This document shows, one piece after another, positions 22,031 to 31,559 of a stretch of DNA of 64,000 nt. Location: positions 9,804-73,803 of the forward strand of contig JBAVEN010000082.1 of NCBI GenBank assembly GCA_049587755.1, in the 5' to 3' direction. The notes beneath the pieces are model-generated. The model was not told the origin of the DNA. It made no database searches and saw only the letters and a program-made list of their open reading frames with translations. The first letter of the stretch is position 1; every line of letters starts with the position of its first letter. This stretch comes from Bryobacteraceae bacterium (lineage in GTDB: Bacteria; Acidobacteriota; Terriglobia; Bryobacterales; Bryobacteraceae). The position numbers were made by a program, and so were the translations under genes.

Positions 22031-22444
22031 CTAAACCCCAATCAGGACTATGTCCTCGGCGGCCGCGGCGACCCGCAGTTCCTGATCGAGGGTTGCGAGC
22101 GGAAGACCGCGGCGGCGGGCCAACTCCAAGTACGCGGCGTCATAGAGAGTCAGGCGGTAGCGCGCGGCTAATTTCGCGGTCGCGCCCCAGGCGTGACGAT
22201 CCGTTTCCCCGTCAACGGTGATGGGCAGAAGAGCAAGGTCGGCCAGTGCGGCATCCCGAAAAGCCCCGTCCGTCCGTCCCTTTCGCACGCCCATTTCGAG
22301 GACGTTCGCAACTTCGAGGCGCCAGAGCGCCGGGACCCAAGCCCCGGATTCGGTGACTTTGGCAAGCACATCGGAGACCGCTACCGTGGTTTCGGCAGAG
22401 TAGACCCAGGCGAGAGTTAAGGAACTGTCGAGGACCAGGCTCAA
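22031..22444 (-). CDS. vapC: PIN-domain VapC toxin
   Basis: LVLDSSLTLAW...YDAAYLELARRRGLPLATLD gives the PIN acidic residues and pattern. Confidence 0.85.
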   Translation of the reverse strand: MSLVLDSSLTLAWVYSAETTVAVSDVLAKVTESGAWVPALWRLEVANVLEMGVRKGRTDGAFRDAALADLALLPITVDGETDRHAWGATAKLAARYRLTLYDAAYLELARRRGLPLATLDQELRVAAAAEDIVLIGV

Positions 22445-22692
22445 GGCCTGCCCTCATCGCGGTCGGCCTTGAGGACATCCCAATTGAAAGGTCCGGTCTT
22501 CAGACTGCTGGCGCGGGAACGGATGCGTTCCGCCGCCCCCTTCGCCTGCGCGCAGTCGATGCCCCCAGCACTCGCCACCAGGCGGGCAACTGGTTTGCCG
22601 TGTCTGGTGATCACGATTTCCTCACCCCGCTCGACGCGGTCCAATAGGCTGCCCAGCGTGTTCTTGGCTTCGAAGGCTCCAACTTCCTGCAT
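22441..22692 (-). CDS. Phd/YefM-family antitoxin
   Basis: EAKNTLGSLLDRVERGEEIVITRHGKPVARLV. 4-nt overlap with vapC. Confidence 0.85.
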   Translation of the reverse strand: MQEVGAFEAKNTLGSLLDRVERGEEIVITRHGKPVARLVASAGGIDCAQAKGAAERIRSRASSLKTGPFNWDVLKADRDEGRP

Positions 22693-22708
22693 AACATCCT
22701 CTTAGTCT

Positions 22709-22725
22709 AGCTTAAGCCAGCTTAA
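22709..22725 (-). promoter_or_regulatory. candidate operator: direct repeats AGCTTAA-GCC-AGCTTAA just upstream of the phd-vapC operon
   Basis: Two exact 7-mers, each containing the CTTAAG palindrome, lie 17-33 nt upstream of the ATG at 22692 and next to a TATATT -10-like hexamer on the minus strand. Confidence 0.35.
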
Positions 22726-22824
22726 TATACATCCGCAACCACCGGCGGTTGATTCAATGGTCAAGCCTAGTCGCTTTCGCCTGCGCCCTACTCGTGGCGC
22801 GGAGCACCTTCGCTACTTCAGCGC

Positions 22825-24168
22825 TTAAGGCGTCAACCCCGTTACGCCCCGGCTGTCTTTCACGCTCACCTGGCTGCCGTCTGCGGTCTGAATACGCGTC
22901 TTGGTGAACTTCCAGTTCTCCGCGTTCTGAATGCTCCCCGCCGTCTTGGCTTCAATGTCCACATCTTTGAAGGTGAAATTCTCGAGCGGCGAATCCGCGT
23001 AAGAACTCACCGCGAACGCGCGGCCGGCGCCGCTCGCCCGGATGCCGGAGATCTGCACGTTCCGCAGATGCGGCAGTCCCAACGCCGGCGGCACCGGCTC
23101 CAGCAGCACGCGCCAATAGTCCGGCACCCTGGTCATGCCCTGCGGCAGCTTGGCATAGCTGTAGCTGGGGTTCCAGTTCAGCGCCACGCCGATCGCCGTG
23201 CTGACACCCTGGATATCCATGTCGTCGATGACGATGTTCTTCACCGTGCCCCCGCGCCTGCTGGCCGACTTGAACAGAATTCCGTTCGACACCGATCCGA
23301 GCACGTGTATGCCGTGCGCTTCCACATCGCGGATTCCGCCCGAGGTTTCGCTGCCGAAGGTGATTCCCGCCGCGCCCGCGCGCACCGTGTCGTCGCGGAT
23401 CACCACGTGCCCGGTCGGCCGGTTGACGCGCAACCCGTCGGCGTCCCGTCCCGCCTTCAGGCAGATAGCGTCGTCGTTGCACTCGATGTCGCAATGCTCC
23501 ACCAGCACGTTCGAAGACGAATCGACGTCGATGCCGTCCGTGCTCGGCCCCTTGCCGCCAATGTTGTTGCGAATCGTGACGCCATCCACCGTGACCTTCT
23601 GCGAATAGCAGATGTGTACCGTCCAGAAGCCCGAGCGGCTCAGCCGAGGCCCCTCTAAATCGACATTCGAAGATTTATAGACTTGAATCAAGCGCGGCCG
23701 CTGGCAGTCGTAATCGGCAGCCCAGCGCAGGCCTTTGGGCTCGTAATCGCGCCTCAAGCTCCAGTACTTGTCCCACCAGATCTTGCCGTCGCCGTCGATC
23801 GTGCCCTTGCCCGAAATCCTCACCCCCGATTGTTCGTACACGTTGATGAGCGCTGCCGGCCATTTCATCTCGATGCCCGCGACGCGCGTCGGCATCATCG
23901 GGTATCCTTCCAGGCTCTGGACGCCGCGAATCACCACGCCTTCGTCCAACCGCAGATGCGTGCCCGATTTCAGAAACAGCGCGCCGCTCAGATACACTCC
24001 CGGCCGGAGCACAATCGTTCCGCCGGTTTTCGCCGCCGCGTCGAAGGTCCTCTGAATGGCCGCAGTGTCGTCCGTCTTCCCGTCGCCTTTGGCGCCATAA
24101 TCGGCCACCCGAAAGTCAGCGCACCATCCTGCGGTCCCAATCGCAACCGCGCATACAACCACGCGCAT
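22825..24168 (-). CDS. glycoside hydrolase family 28 / pectate-lyase-fold protein, secreted
   Basis: Signal peptide MRVVVCAVAIGTAGW. DYGAKGDGKTDDTAAIQ, GPSTDGIDVDSS and ECNDDAICLKAG parallel beta-helix motifs. Start taken at ATG 24168. Confidence 0.8.
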   Translation of the reverse strand: MRVVVCAVAIGTAGWCADFRVADYGAKGDGKTDDTAAIQRTFDAAAKTGGTIVLRPGVYLSGALFLKSGTHLRLDEGVVIRGVQSLEGYPMMPTRVAGIEMKWPAALINVYEQSGVRISGKGTIDGDGKIWWDKYWSLRRDYEPKGLRWAADYDCQRPRLIQVYKSSNVDLEGPRLSRSGFWTVHICYSQKVTVDGVTIRNNIGGKGPSTDGIDVDSSSNVLVEHCDIECNDDAICLKAGRDADGLRVNRPTGHVVIRDDTVRAGAAGITFGSETSGGIRDVEAHGIHVLGSVSNGILFKSASRRGGTVKNIVIDDMDIQGVSTAIGVALNWNPSYSYAKLPQGMTRVPDYWRVLLEPVPPALGLPHLRNVQISGIRASGAGRAFAVSSYADSPLENFTFKDVDIEAKTAGSIQNAENWKFTKTRIQTADGSQVSVKDSRGVTGLTP

Positions 24169-24336
24169 CAGTTCCGTCACGATGTGAACCTTTCCCGATC
24201 CACCGTGCACTCGTGTCTTCTCCATGTCGAAGACTTAGATTGTTGCACATGAGGGAAGGCGTCGAGGTGCCGTCCTGCGCAAGCAGAGAGGCACTTGTTT
24301 TATTCGGCAATCGTGTTTCAGTTGAGGAGGTAACCG

Positions 24337-24951
24337 CTACGGCGTGACCGTCAGCGCGTACTCACGAAGCAACTCGCCGGAGGATTTGTTGACGCGCACG
24401 AAATAGCTGCCAGGAGACAGCGCCTTCAGTAGCGCCGGCGGGCCAACGGGAAACTCAGCAACTTGACTCCCCGAGGCATCCACCACTTCGCCGGTGAAGG
24501 GCTGACCATCGCTTAAGCCGGTCAGGTCGAGATCGAGCAACAGGGGGCGGCCGGCGGGCGCTTGCCCTGGCGCAGCCCCGCGGACAGCAGTTAACTCTAG
24601 AGCAAAAGGCAACGGCGCCGGCATGCTGGAACGGCGGCCGGACCATAGCGCGGCGCAAACCACCAACAGCGCCGCGATCACGAACACCGGAGTCACATGG
24701 CCAAGCCACCGTTCGCTCCATGTGCGGCTGGCAACAATGCCGGCCGCCGGCCCCGCCAAGTGGTTCCCGGACCATTGCCGGCCCGCCTGCCGCATGGCGG
24801 CGACGAAGCTCTCCGTTTCCGTCAAGCGGTCGCGACAGGTTTCACACAACAAAAGATGCTCTTCCAGGCGGCCACACCGGACCTCTGCTAGACCGCCCAG
24901 GCAATATAGCTCCAGTTCCTCCTCTTGCACATGATGTGGCGTTCGCGGCAT
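24337..24951 (-). CDS. single-pass anti-sigma factor (zf-HC2-like N-terminus, TM helix, extracytoplasmic Ig-like domain)
   Basis: MPRTPHHVQEEELELYCLGGL...EEHLLLCETCRDRL, then TM helix VTPVFVIAALLVVCAALW. It follows the ECF sigma gene. The 394-aa track ORF extension overlaps that sigma gene. Confidence 0.7.
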   Translation of the reverse strand: MPRTPHHVQEEELELYCLGGLAEVRCGRLEEHLLLCETCRDRLTETESFVAAMRQAGRQWSGNHLAGPAAGIVASRTWSERWLGHVTPVFVIAALLVVCAALWSGRRSSMPAPLPFALELTAVRGAAPGQAPAGRPLLLDLDLTGLSDGQPFTGEVVDASGSQVAEFPVGPPALLKALSPGSYFVRVNKSSGELLREYALTVTP

Positions 24952-25040
24952 ATCTCCGCTCTCCTCACATAGTACGTGCAGTACTGCCTGTAAAATTCTC
25001 AAATACTTGCCACAAAAAGTTAGTAGTCCAAAGGATGGTG

Positions 25041-25706
25041 TTATCTGAACTTGGCCGAAAAGCCCACCCGCCGGGAAAGTCGCGCCTTCCCCAATTCGCC
25101 AAAACGCGCTTTGGCGCGCGATTTGATAAGCCGAAACTGGGTTTCGGTCAGGTTCATCTCGCGGCAGATCTGCTCGGCGGGTTGTTCGTGGAGATAAAAG
25201 CGAACCAATACCTCGCGGTCGCGCTTGGCGATGCTGTTGAGTACGCGCAGAGCGACTTCGACATTCTGTCCTTGGATGGCCAGGCGCTCGGGATCGGGAG
25301 AATGATCGCGGAGCACGATTCCGTCTTCCAGGGAGGCCTGGCGCCGGCGTGCGTGCACATTGGCGTCGATACGGGCCGCCACCTGCCGCCGAACCACCGT
25401 CCGCACGTAGCCCATCAGGCGTTCGGGCTCGCGCAGTTCTCCGCTCTGAATGGCCTGAGCGATGGTCAGGAAGACGTCGTGCACCCGGTCGTCGAGATCC
25501 TGCGGCCCTAGTTGCCGGCAAAGATAGAAACGGATGCCTTTCGAGAACAGGCCGTACAGCTCTTCCAGAGCTGCCGGATCACCGGCGCGGACACCTTCCA
25601 CCAGAGGTGACCAGGCGGCGGCCTGCGGTTCGTCGTGCACCGCAGTGTTCTCCCGTTCGTGGCTGATTGGTTGGGCATTCATGGTCAAGGACGTTGCGTC
25701 ACTCAT
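25041..25706 (-). CDS. ECF-type RNA polymerase sigma-70 factor
   Basis: Region 2 DDRVHDVFLTIAQAI...MGYVRTVVRRQV. Region 4 REVLVRFYLHEQPAEQICREMNLTETQFRLIKSRAKARF. ATG 25706 overlaps the CHAT stop by 8 nt (alternative ATG 25682). Confidence 0.85.
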   Translation of the reverse strand: MSDATSLTMNAQPISHERENTAVHDEPQAAAWSPLVEGVRAGDPAALEELYGLFSKGIRFYLCRQLGPQDLDDRVHDVFLTIAQAIQSGELREPERLMGYVRTVVRRQVAARIDANVHARRRQASLEDGIVLRDHSPDPERLAIQGQNVEVALRVLNSIAKRDREVLVRFYLHEQPAEQICREMNLTETQFRLIKSRAKARFGELGKARLSRRVGFSAKFR

Positions 25707-28203
25707 TTCCCACCATAAAGTACGCTCCCCAGTAACGCGGACGAGCCCGCCAACCGCCGGAGCGAATCATTTCTCGCTGGGCTGAAGCCAGCGCCAACGC
25801 CGGGTCGGGCGTCGGCTGCGATCGTAATTCTCGATACAAAACAGCGAACAGAGCGCCGCTCTCGTCGGGAGTCTCCCAACGGCTGCCTGCCACGCTGTGG
25901 GCACCGGCGGCGAGCCAGGCGCGGGTGAGACCGAGCAATCCGGCCCCCGGCAATACACGCCCGGCATCGGAGTGGCAGCCGCTCAATACCACTAGCTCCG
26001 CCCGGGTCTTCCAATGGGCGATCTCTACGGGTGTCAACAACTCCGTCTCGCCCCGGCCGGTAAGGCTCAGCGCAATCAATCCGTAAGCAGCGCTGGCAGA
26101 ACCGGCGCGATTGCTTTGTGGCGCCGAAGATTCCAGAAAGTGGGTTGCAAAGTGGATGATTTCCGGGTCGCGATCGAGCGCGGCGGCGAGTTCCGGCCGC
26201 GCCGCCCGTGCACCCTCCAGCAGGGTCGCGGGTCCGCCCCAGGCGCGGGCGCAGGAATCCAGCTCGCTCGCGCTGGCCGGCAGCCTGGGAAGGGATAGCG
26301 TGGCCGGCGTGGCGGCGGAAACCGCGGTCGGCCGCAGCCACGCAGGCAAGTGGAATCGCACGGCGCCGCCATGCGAGGCCAAGCGGGAATCAGCGGCGTT
26401 GTAAATCGGGTCTCCGATGCCCAGAAACCGGCCGCCGGCGGACGCGGTGCCGCGCCGCGCCATGGCGTCGACCCAATAACCCGCGCCGGGTGTCACCTGC
26501 GTCACGTGGCGCTCGGCAACGTAGACATGCCGTCCCGAAGCCCGCTCCACCAGCGCCGCAAAAGGGACCTCAAACAGGCTTTTGTCGAGCGAGAGTATCC
26601 AGCGCGCTTTTTCCAGGAAACGCGGCGACACGCTCCCGAACAGGCCGTCGTACAGATCCACGGCGGAGGCCTCCGCGTCAGCCTTGTCCTGGCGGATCGC
26701 CTCCAGCGCAGCGGCGGTTTTCCGCTGCAATTGATCCTGGGGAGGCAGCCGGTAAAGCACCAGTCCCGCGCGGTCCAACACCCATAGCCAGGAGGCGGAC
26801 TCGCCCAGGCGGAAACTGAACAACGCCCCATCGGATGGCAAGGTGGCGGAAACACGGGCCAGCAGGTCCTCGCCCGAAGGCTCGAGCGGGGCTGTGGTGG
26901 AAGCCTCAATACGCGCAAGGTCGGCGCGGCGGTTTTCGACTTGCTCGCGCCGCTCGGCGTTCGGCGATTGCAGCGAGGCTGCTTCGGCGCGGCGCAACCG
27001 CTCCACGGCTTCCCAATAGGAGGGAGGTAAATCGATGGGGGCCCCGCTGCCCGATACCAGCGCCCGCAGGCTGACCGCGCGGTTCTCTTCCGCGGCCTGA
27101 AAGGTCTGGCGGATCAGCCGCGGATCCCGCGACCGTTCGTACAGGCGATTTCCCGCATCGATGTAAGCCGCGTAGACTTCATCGAGCAAACTCTCCGCGC
27201 CGATGCGCGTTGCCTCGCCCGCGGGCACCGACCAGCGAAAGGCTCTGGCCCGCTCAAGCGCGTTGCCGAGATCGTCCAGCGCCTCCGGCAGCCGTCCTTG
27301 CGCCACCCGGACCAGGCCACGAGCGTAATAAACCTGCCAGACTGGCGTAGTGGCGCCGGGCAAGGACGCCAATTCCACCGCGCGATCGAGCAGCACTGAC
27401 GCCGAAGTCAGATCTCCTTGCGCCAGCCGCAGCCTTCCCAGGGTCCGGTAGGAACTGTCCATCGGATAGTGACGAAATTTGCGAACCCGGTAGGCCTCCA
27501 GCAGCGGCGGTTCGGCGGCCGCGTAGTCCCTGTGGAGGAAGTACGCGTCGCCCAGGCTGTTGCAGCCAGTCGCGTATAGTTTCCAGTCACCAGCGGCCGC
27601 CGCGGCTTCGATTCCTTCCTGGAACGAAGCTACCGCTTCCGGCATCCGCCCGCTCTGCGCCCGCATCACACCGCGTTGAATGAGCATCTGGGCAAGATGC
27701 AGCCGGCGGTCGGTGCCGGAAAGACGCTGGATCCCTCCGTCCAGCCAGCGGACACCGTCATCCACATCTCCCATTTGGTAATACAAGGAGCCGATGTTGG
27801 CGTCGGCCACAGCCACGCCGTCGGAATCTCCTAACTTTTCCAGGAGGCTGCGCGCGCGCAGAAACGATTCCAGGGCAGCCTGATATTGATGCAGCGCGAA
27901 ACGGCAGGCGCCGACATTGCCGCCGGCACGGGCGGCCATGCGGTAGTCCCGCGCTGCTTGTGCGGTGCGCGAAAGCCGCTCGAAGGCTTCAGCGGCCTTT
28001 ATATATTGGGCCTGCGCGAACAGCTCGTCGCCCTTGCGCAACTCCACCGCGAACGGCGATAAAGCCGCGTCGCCTGTTGTCTTCGAGGCCCGCCCCCGCC
28101 CGAAGAAACGGGGTAGGTACAATGTCGCCGAGCAGGCGAACAGCACCAAAAGGCCGCACACCAAAATCCTGGCCCTTCTCAAGTAAGAATGGCTCCAGTG
28201 CAA
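25699..28203 (-). CDS. TPR-repeat CHAT-domain (caspase-like) protease with an N-terminal membrane anchor
   Basis: N-terminal RRARILVCGLLVLFACSATLYL. Multiple TPR units (AEAFERL, YQAALESF, YYQMGD...). C-terminal CHAT domain with the putative dyad context EIIHFATHFL and LVVLSGCHSDAG. TTG start at 28203. Confidence 0.85.
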   Translation of the reverse strand: MHWSHSYLRRARILVCGLLVLFACSATLYLPRFFGRGRASKTTGDAALSPFAVELRKGDELFAQAQYIKAAEAFERLSRTAQAARDYRMAARAGGNVGACRFALHQYQAALESFLRARSLLEKLGDSDGVAVADANIGSLYYQMGDVDDGVRWLDGGIQRLSGTDRRLHLAQMLIQRGVMRAQSGRMPEAVASFQEGIEAAAAAGDWKLYATGCNSLGDAYFLHRDYAAAEPPLLEAYRVRKFRHYPMDSSYRTLGRLRLAQGDLTSASVLLDRAVELASLPGATTPVWQVYYARGLVRVAQGRLPEALDDLGNALERARAFRWSVPAGEATRIGAESLLDEVYAAYIDAGNRLYERSRDPRLIRQTFQAAEENRAVSLRALVSGSGAPIDLPPSYWEAVERLRRAEAASLQSPNAERREQVENRRADLARIEASTTAPLEPSGEDLLARVSATLPSDGALFSFRLGESASWLWVLDRAGLVLYRLPPQDQLQRKTAAALEAIRQDKADAEASAVDLYDGLFGSVSPRFLEKARWILSLDKSLFEVPFAALVERASGRHVYVAERHVTQVTPGAGYWVDAMARRGTASAGGRFLGIGDPIYNAADSRLASHGGAVRFHLPAWLRPTAVSAATPATLSLPRLPASASELDSCARAWGGPATLLEGARAARPELAAALDRDPEIIHFATHFLESSAPQSNRAGSASAAYGLIALSLTGRGETELLTPVEIAHWKTRAELVVLSGCHSDAGRVLPGAGLLGLTRAWLAAGAHSVAGSRWETPDESGALFAVLYRELRSQPTPDPALALASAQREMIRSGGWRARPRYWGAYFMVGNE

Positions 28204-28226
28204 TATGGTGGTACTGACCCTGGAAA

Positions 28227-28266
28227 AATCTTTGGGAATATTCCATTCAGAATATTCCCAAAGATT
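28227..28266. promoter_or_regulatory. perfect 17-bp inverted repeat (6-nt spacer) in the CHAT operon leader
   Basis: AATCTTTGGGAATATTC (28227-28243), CATTCA, GAATATTCCCAAAGATT (28250-28266). It lies 24-63 nt upstream of the TTG start, inside an unusually AT-rich 500-bp intergenic region. Confidence 0.45.
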
Positions 28267-28702
28267 AGTATCCAGTTTTTTTTGGAAATTGACTTCCCCG
28301 CAAATGGGGGTTCTTTTGACTAAATCGCGTTTGTGGTCAACGCCGAAAAGCGGTTACTGCAGCAAAGCCGCTAAAATACACACGACCGAATAGATGATGA
28401 TAATCGGATCGCTTGTCATGTTGCTGAAAAAGACCGCACTTGTTCGAGCGGCCTTTCGACTCCAAGCCTAGTCCGGCACGCCTCGCCAACGTGTGAATTC
28501 TTATTGATAAACGATTGAAATGAAACAAAGAATTCCTGCTATTTCCTTCGTGATCGGCGTCACGCCCCGGTGTCGAGCGGGCCGGAAGAAGCGCTCACCC
28601 ACGCGAACCGTTTCCATCTGGAGTACCCGACGCCTCGCCTGCCGCCGCATCCCGTGCACGCTGCTTTAGGAAGCCCCGCCGCTGCTGGTACGATAGAAGG
28701 CG

Positions 28703-29527
28703 ATGAATCCCCAGCCGCCCACTGCAGTGCCGAAGCTGCCGATCTCCGGCGTCAAGAGCCTGATCGCCGTCGGATCCGGCAAAGGCGGAGTCGGCAAGAC
28801 CACCGTGGCTGTGAACCTGGCTGTGGCGCTCGGCCAGCTCGGTTACAAGGCCGGCCTGATGGACGCCGACGTGTATGGCCCCAACGTGCCGCTGATGATG
28901 GGTATCAACCGCACGCCGATGGCTTTCGGGGAGCGCATCCAGCCGCTCGATCAATACGGCGTGAAGCTCATGTCGATGGGCTTCCTCAACCCCGGCGATA
29001 AGCCGCTGGTGTGGCGCGGCCCAATGCTGCATTCGGTGATCCAGCAGTTCTTGCGCGGCGTCGATTGGGGCGACCTGGATTACCTGGTGATCGACCTGCC
29101 GCCGGGCACCGGCGATGTGCAGCTTTCGCTGATTCAAACCGCCCCCATCACCGGCGCGATCGTGGTCACTACGCCCTCCGATGTGTCGCTCGAAGATGCG
29201 CGCAAAGCCGTGTTCATGTTTCACCAGGTGAAAGTGCCGATCCTCGGCATGGTGGAGAACATGAGCTACCTCATGTGCCCGCACTGCCACGAACGCATCG
29301 ACGTGTTCAGCCACGGCGGCGGCCGGCGGACGGCGGAGCAGATGCAGGTGCATTTTCTGGCCGAATTGCCGCTCGACCCGCAGGTGCGCATCGGCGGCGA
29401 CACCGGAAAACCGGTGGCGCTTCAAAAGGACGACCAGGAACCCTTCCTCGCCCTGGCGCGCAACACGGTCACGCGCGTCCAGGAAGTCGAACGCGAGACC
29501 GGCCCTAAAATCGAAATCAGCGAATAG
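28703..29527 (+). CDS. apbC: Mrp/NBP35/ApbC-family Fe-S cluster carrier ATPase
   Basis: GSGKGGVGKTTVAVNLA (deviant Walker A), DADVYGPNVP, and CPHC in MCPHCHERIDVF. Confidence 0.9.
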   Translation: MNPQPPTAVPKLPISGVKSLIAVGSGKGGVGKTTVAVNLAVALGQLGYKAGLMDADVYGPNVPLMMGINRTPMAFGERIQPLDQYGVKLMSMGFLNPGDKPLVWRGPMLHSVIQQFLRGVDWGDLDYLVIDLPPGTGDVQLSLIQTAPITGAIVVTTPSDVSLEDARKAVFMFHQVKVPILGMVENMSYLMCPHCHERIDVFSHGGGRRTAEQMQVHFLAELPLDPQVRIGGDTGKPVALQKDDQEPFLALARNTVTRVQEVERETGPKIEISE

Positions 29528-29717
29528 GGTGCGGCATACTTTTTAGCTTGCCCTTTGTTTTAAGGAACAATCCATTTCTGCGTCGCGTACGCGTTACTTA
29601 GGCCGCACCGCGCGCACTGCGCAGGCCGCGGGTTGTGCTAACAAATCGGAGGCTCACATCGGAAACTCAACTCAATCCAAGCCCGCTGCACCGCGGCTGA
29701 TCGCGGTTCTGCTACTG

Positions 29718-31559
29718 GTGGTGCTGGCCGCGCTGGCGGGCAGCGCGGCGTTCCGCGAATCCGTGGCAATCGACGAATTGGCGCACATCGGGGCTGGCGT
29801 CAGTTACTGGAAACTCGATTTGCGGATGAACCCCGAGCATCCGCCGCTGGTGAAGCTGCTGGCGGCCGCGCCACTGGTGGCGCGCGGCGCGCATGTCGAT
29901 TATCGGGGGCACATCTGGACCTGGAGCGGCCAGGGGCCTTTCAACCCCATGCTGGCCGAATTCCCGTTCGGCGCCTGGATCATCACGCACTGGAACGACC
30001 CTGCCACCACTTTGCGCTGGGCCCGCCTGCCAATGTTGCTGCTGCTGCTGGCCACCGGCCTGGCAATCTACCTCTTTGGCGAGCGGCTCGCCGGCGGCTG
30101 GGGTGGCGCATTCGCGCTGTGCTGGTTCGCCACCATGCCCACGTTTCTGACTTTTGGGCCGCTGGTGCTCACCGATACCGCTGTGGCGCTGTTTTCGATG
30201 GTCGCGCTCTGGACCTTCGCCACGCTTTGGCGCGACCAGTCGCGGAGCGCCATGCGCCGCTTCGCCGTCGCGCTCACTCTGGCGTTGCTTTCGAAATTCT
30301 CCGCCGGGTTGTTGCTATTCGTCTTCGCGGCGTTCCCGTTTGTGTTGCGCTGGCTGCCATTGGCCGGCCAGCCCGCCGCGCCCCAGTTCCCCGCCTGGTG
30401 GCGCCGCGGCTGGCGCCTCACCGGCAAAGCTGTGCTGATGGCGGCACTGATGGTTTACGCGGTTGAGTTCGTGCTCTCGTGGAACCAGCCGACTGATCTG
30501 CTCAAAATGATCGGCGGCGGATGGGCCGCGCTGGTACTGCGCCGGCTCCTGCTGCCGCTGGTGACCTACCTGGGCGGAGTCGTCATGTTCGCGATGGGAT
30601 CCGTCCGTCCGGCATATCTCTTCGGCCACGCGTATCCGCACGGCGTCTGGTTCTTCTTCCCGGTGGTGACGCTGCTGAAGTCCACCCTCGCGTTTGTGGC
30701 CGCGCTGGCTCTCAGCCTGGCGGCAGCGCTCGCCGGCCGCTTCGGGCGCGTGCGCGTCACGGCGGTACGCGCCGGCATGGAATTCCACTGGCGCGCTCTA
30801 TGGCTGGGGATGGCGATCATCACTTTTGTCTGCGTGATCAGCCCGATGACCATTTCCATCCGCCACTTTACGGTCCCGCTGGCGCTGCTCTCGCTGCTGC
30901 TGGCGCCGGTGCCGCGGCTGCTCGAAGATCTGCGCGATGCCGGCCGGCGGTGGGCGCGCCCCGCGATCTGGGTTGCGGCCGCGCTCGCAGCCGCTTCGGT
31001 GGTCACCGTAGTTCGCGCCTGGCCGTATTACATTCCCTTCCTGAATTCGTTCGCCGGCAGCCGTCCCGCTTATGAGTTGGTGAGCGATTCCAACCTGGAT
31101 TGGGATGTTGATCTGCCCGACGTCGAACGCTTCGTCCAGGCACACGGTCTGGACCAAGTGCTGGTCGATCCGTACAACGTCGCCGATCCGTCAGTTTATG
31201 TCCCGCAGGGCAGTTTGTGGGATTGCCAGGCGGCCACCGCCGCCGATGCAGGCCGCTGGGCGTTCGTTTCCGGCGACATGTTCGCCGACGGCGCAAACTG
31301 CGCCTGGATGCTGCCGATTCCCCACCAGGCTCTAGCCGGCGGCAGCATGTATGCGTTTCACCTTCCCGCCACGATTCCCGCGCCGGGTTCGCCGGGTGGC
31401 CCACCGCTTCCCGCCAACTACCGGTACATCGGCGGCGCCCCGTTCGACTGGCGAGGGATCTTCTATCGGGCGATTCGCGATCCCCAGCAGATGCAGGCCA
31501 TCATGGACGACATGATGAAGACATTCGCCGAGATGCAGAAGAACCAGAAGAAGAAGTAG
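29718..31559 (+). CDS. GT-C fold glycosyltransferase (GT39 / ArnT / PMT_2-like)
   Basis: Polytopic membrane protein. AIDELAHIGAG and EHPPLVKLLAA lie in the first loop region. Soluble C-terminal domain with a charged tail MQAIMDDMMKTFAEMQKNQKKK. The start codon is uncertain (GTG 29718; the frame is open further upstream without an ATG). Confidence 0.7.
   Translation: MVLAALAGSAAFRESVAIDELAHIGAGVSYWKLDLRMNPEHPPLVKLLAAAPLVARGAHVDYRGHIWTWSGQGPFNPMLAEFPFGAWIITHWNDPATTLRWARLPMLLLLLATGLAIYLFGERLAGGWGGAFALCWFATMPTFLTFGPLVLTDTAVALFSMVALWTFATLWRDQSRSAMRRFAVALTLALLSKFSAGLLLFVFAAFPFVLRWLPLAGQPAAPQFPAWWRRGWRLTGKAVLMAALMVYAVEFVLSWNQPTDLLKMIGGGWAALVLRRLLLPLVTYLGGVVMFAMGSVRPAYLFGHAYPHGVWFFFPVVTLLKSTLAFVAALALSLAAALAGRFGRVRVTAVRAGMEFHWRALWLGMAIITFVCVISPMTISIRHFTVPLALLSLLLAPVPRLLEDLRDAGRRWARPAIWVAAALAAASVVTVVRAWPYYIPFLNSFAGSRPAYELVSDSNLDWDVDLPDVERFVQAHGLDQVLVDPYNVADPSVYVPQGSLWDCQAATAADAGRWAFVSGDMFADGANCAWMLPIPHQALAGGSMYAFHLPATIPAPGSPGGPPLPANYRYIGGAPFDWRGIFYRAIRDPQQMQAIMDDMMKTFAEMQKNQKKK

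Noticed and set aside
24952-25521. 394-aa version of the anti-sigma ORF (24337-25521) and 203-aa version of the mazE ORF (21386-21997)
   Set aside because: The upstream parts overlap the ECF sigma gene and the RHH gene in other frames and are Arg/Pro-rich junk. Internal ATGs give products with canonical N-termini.
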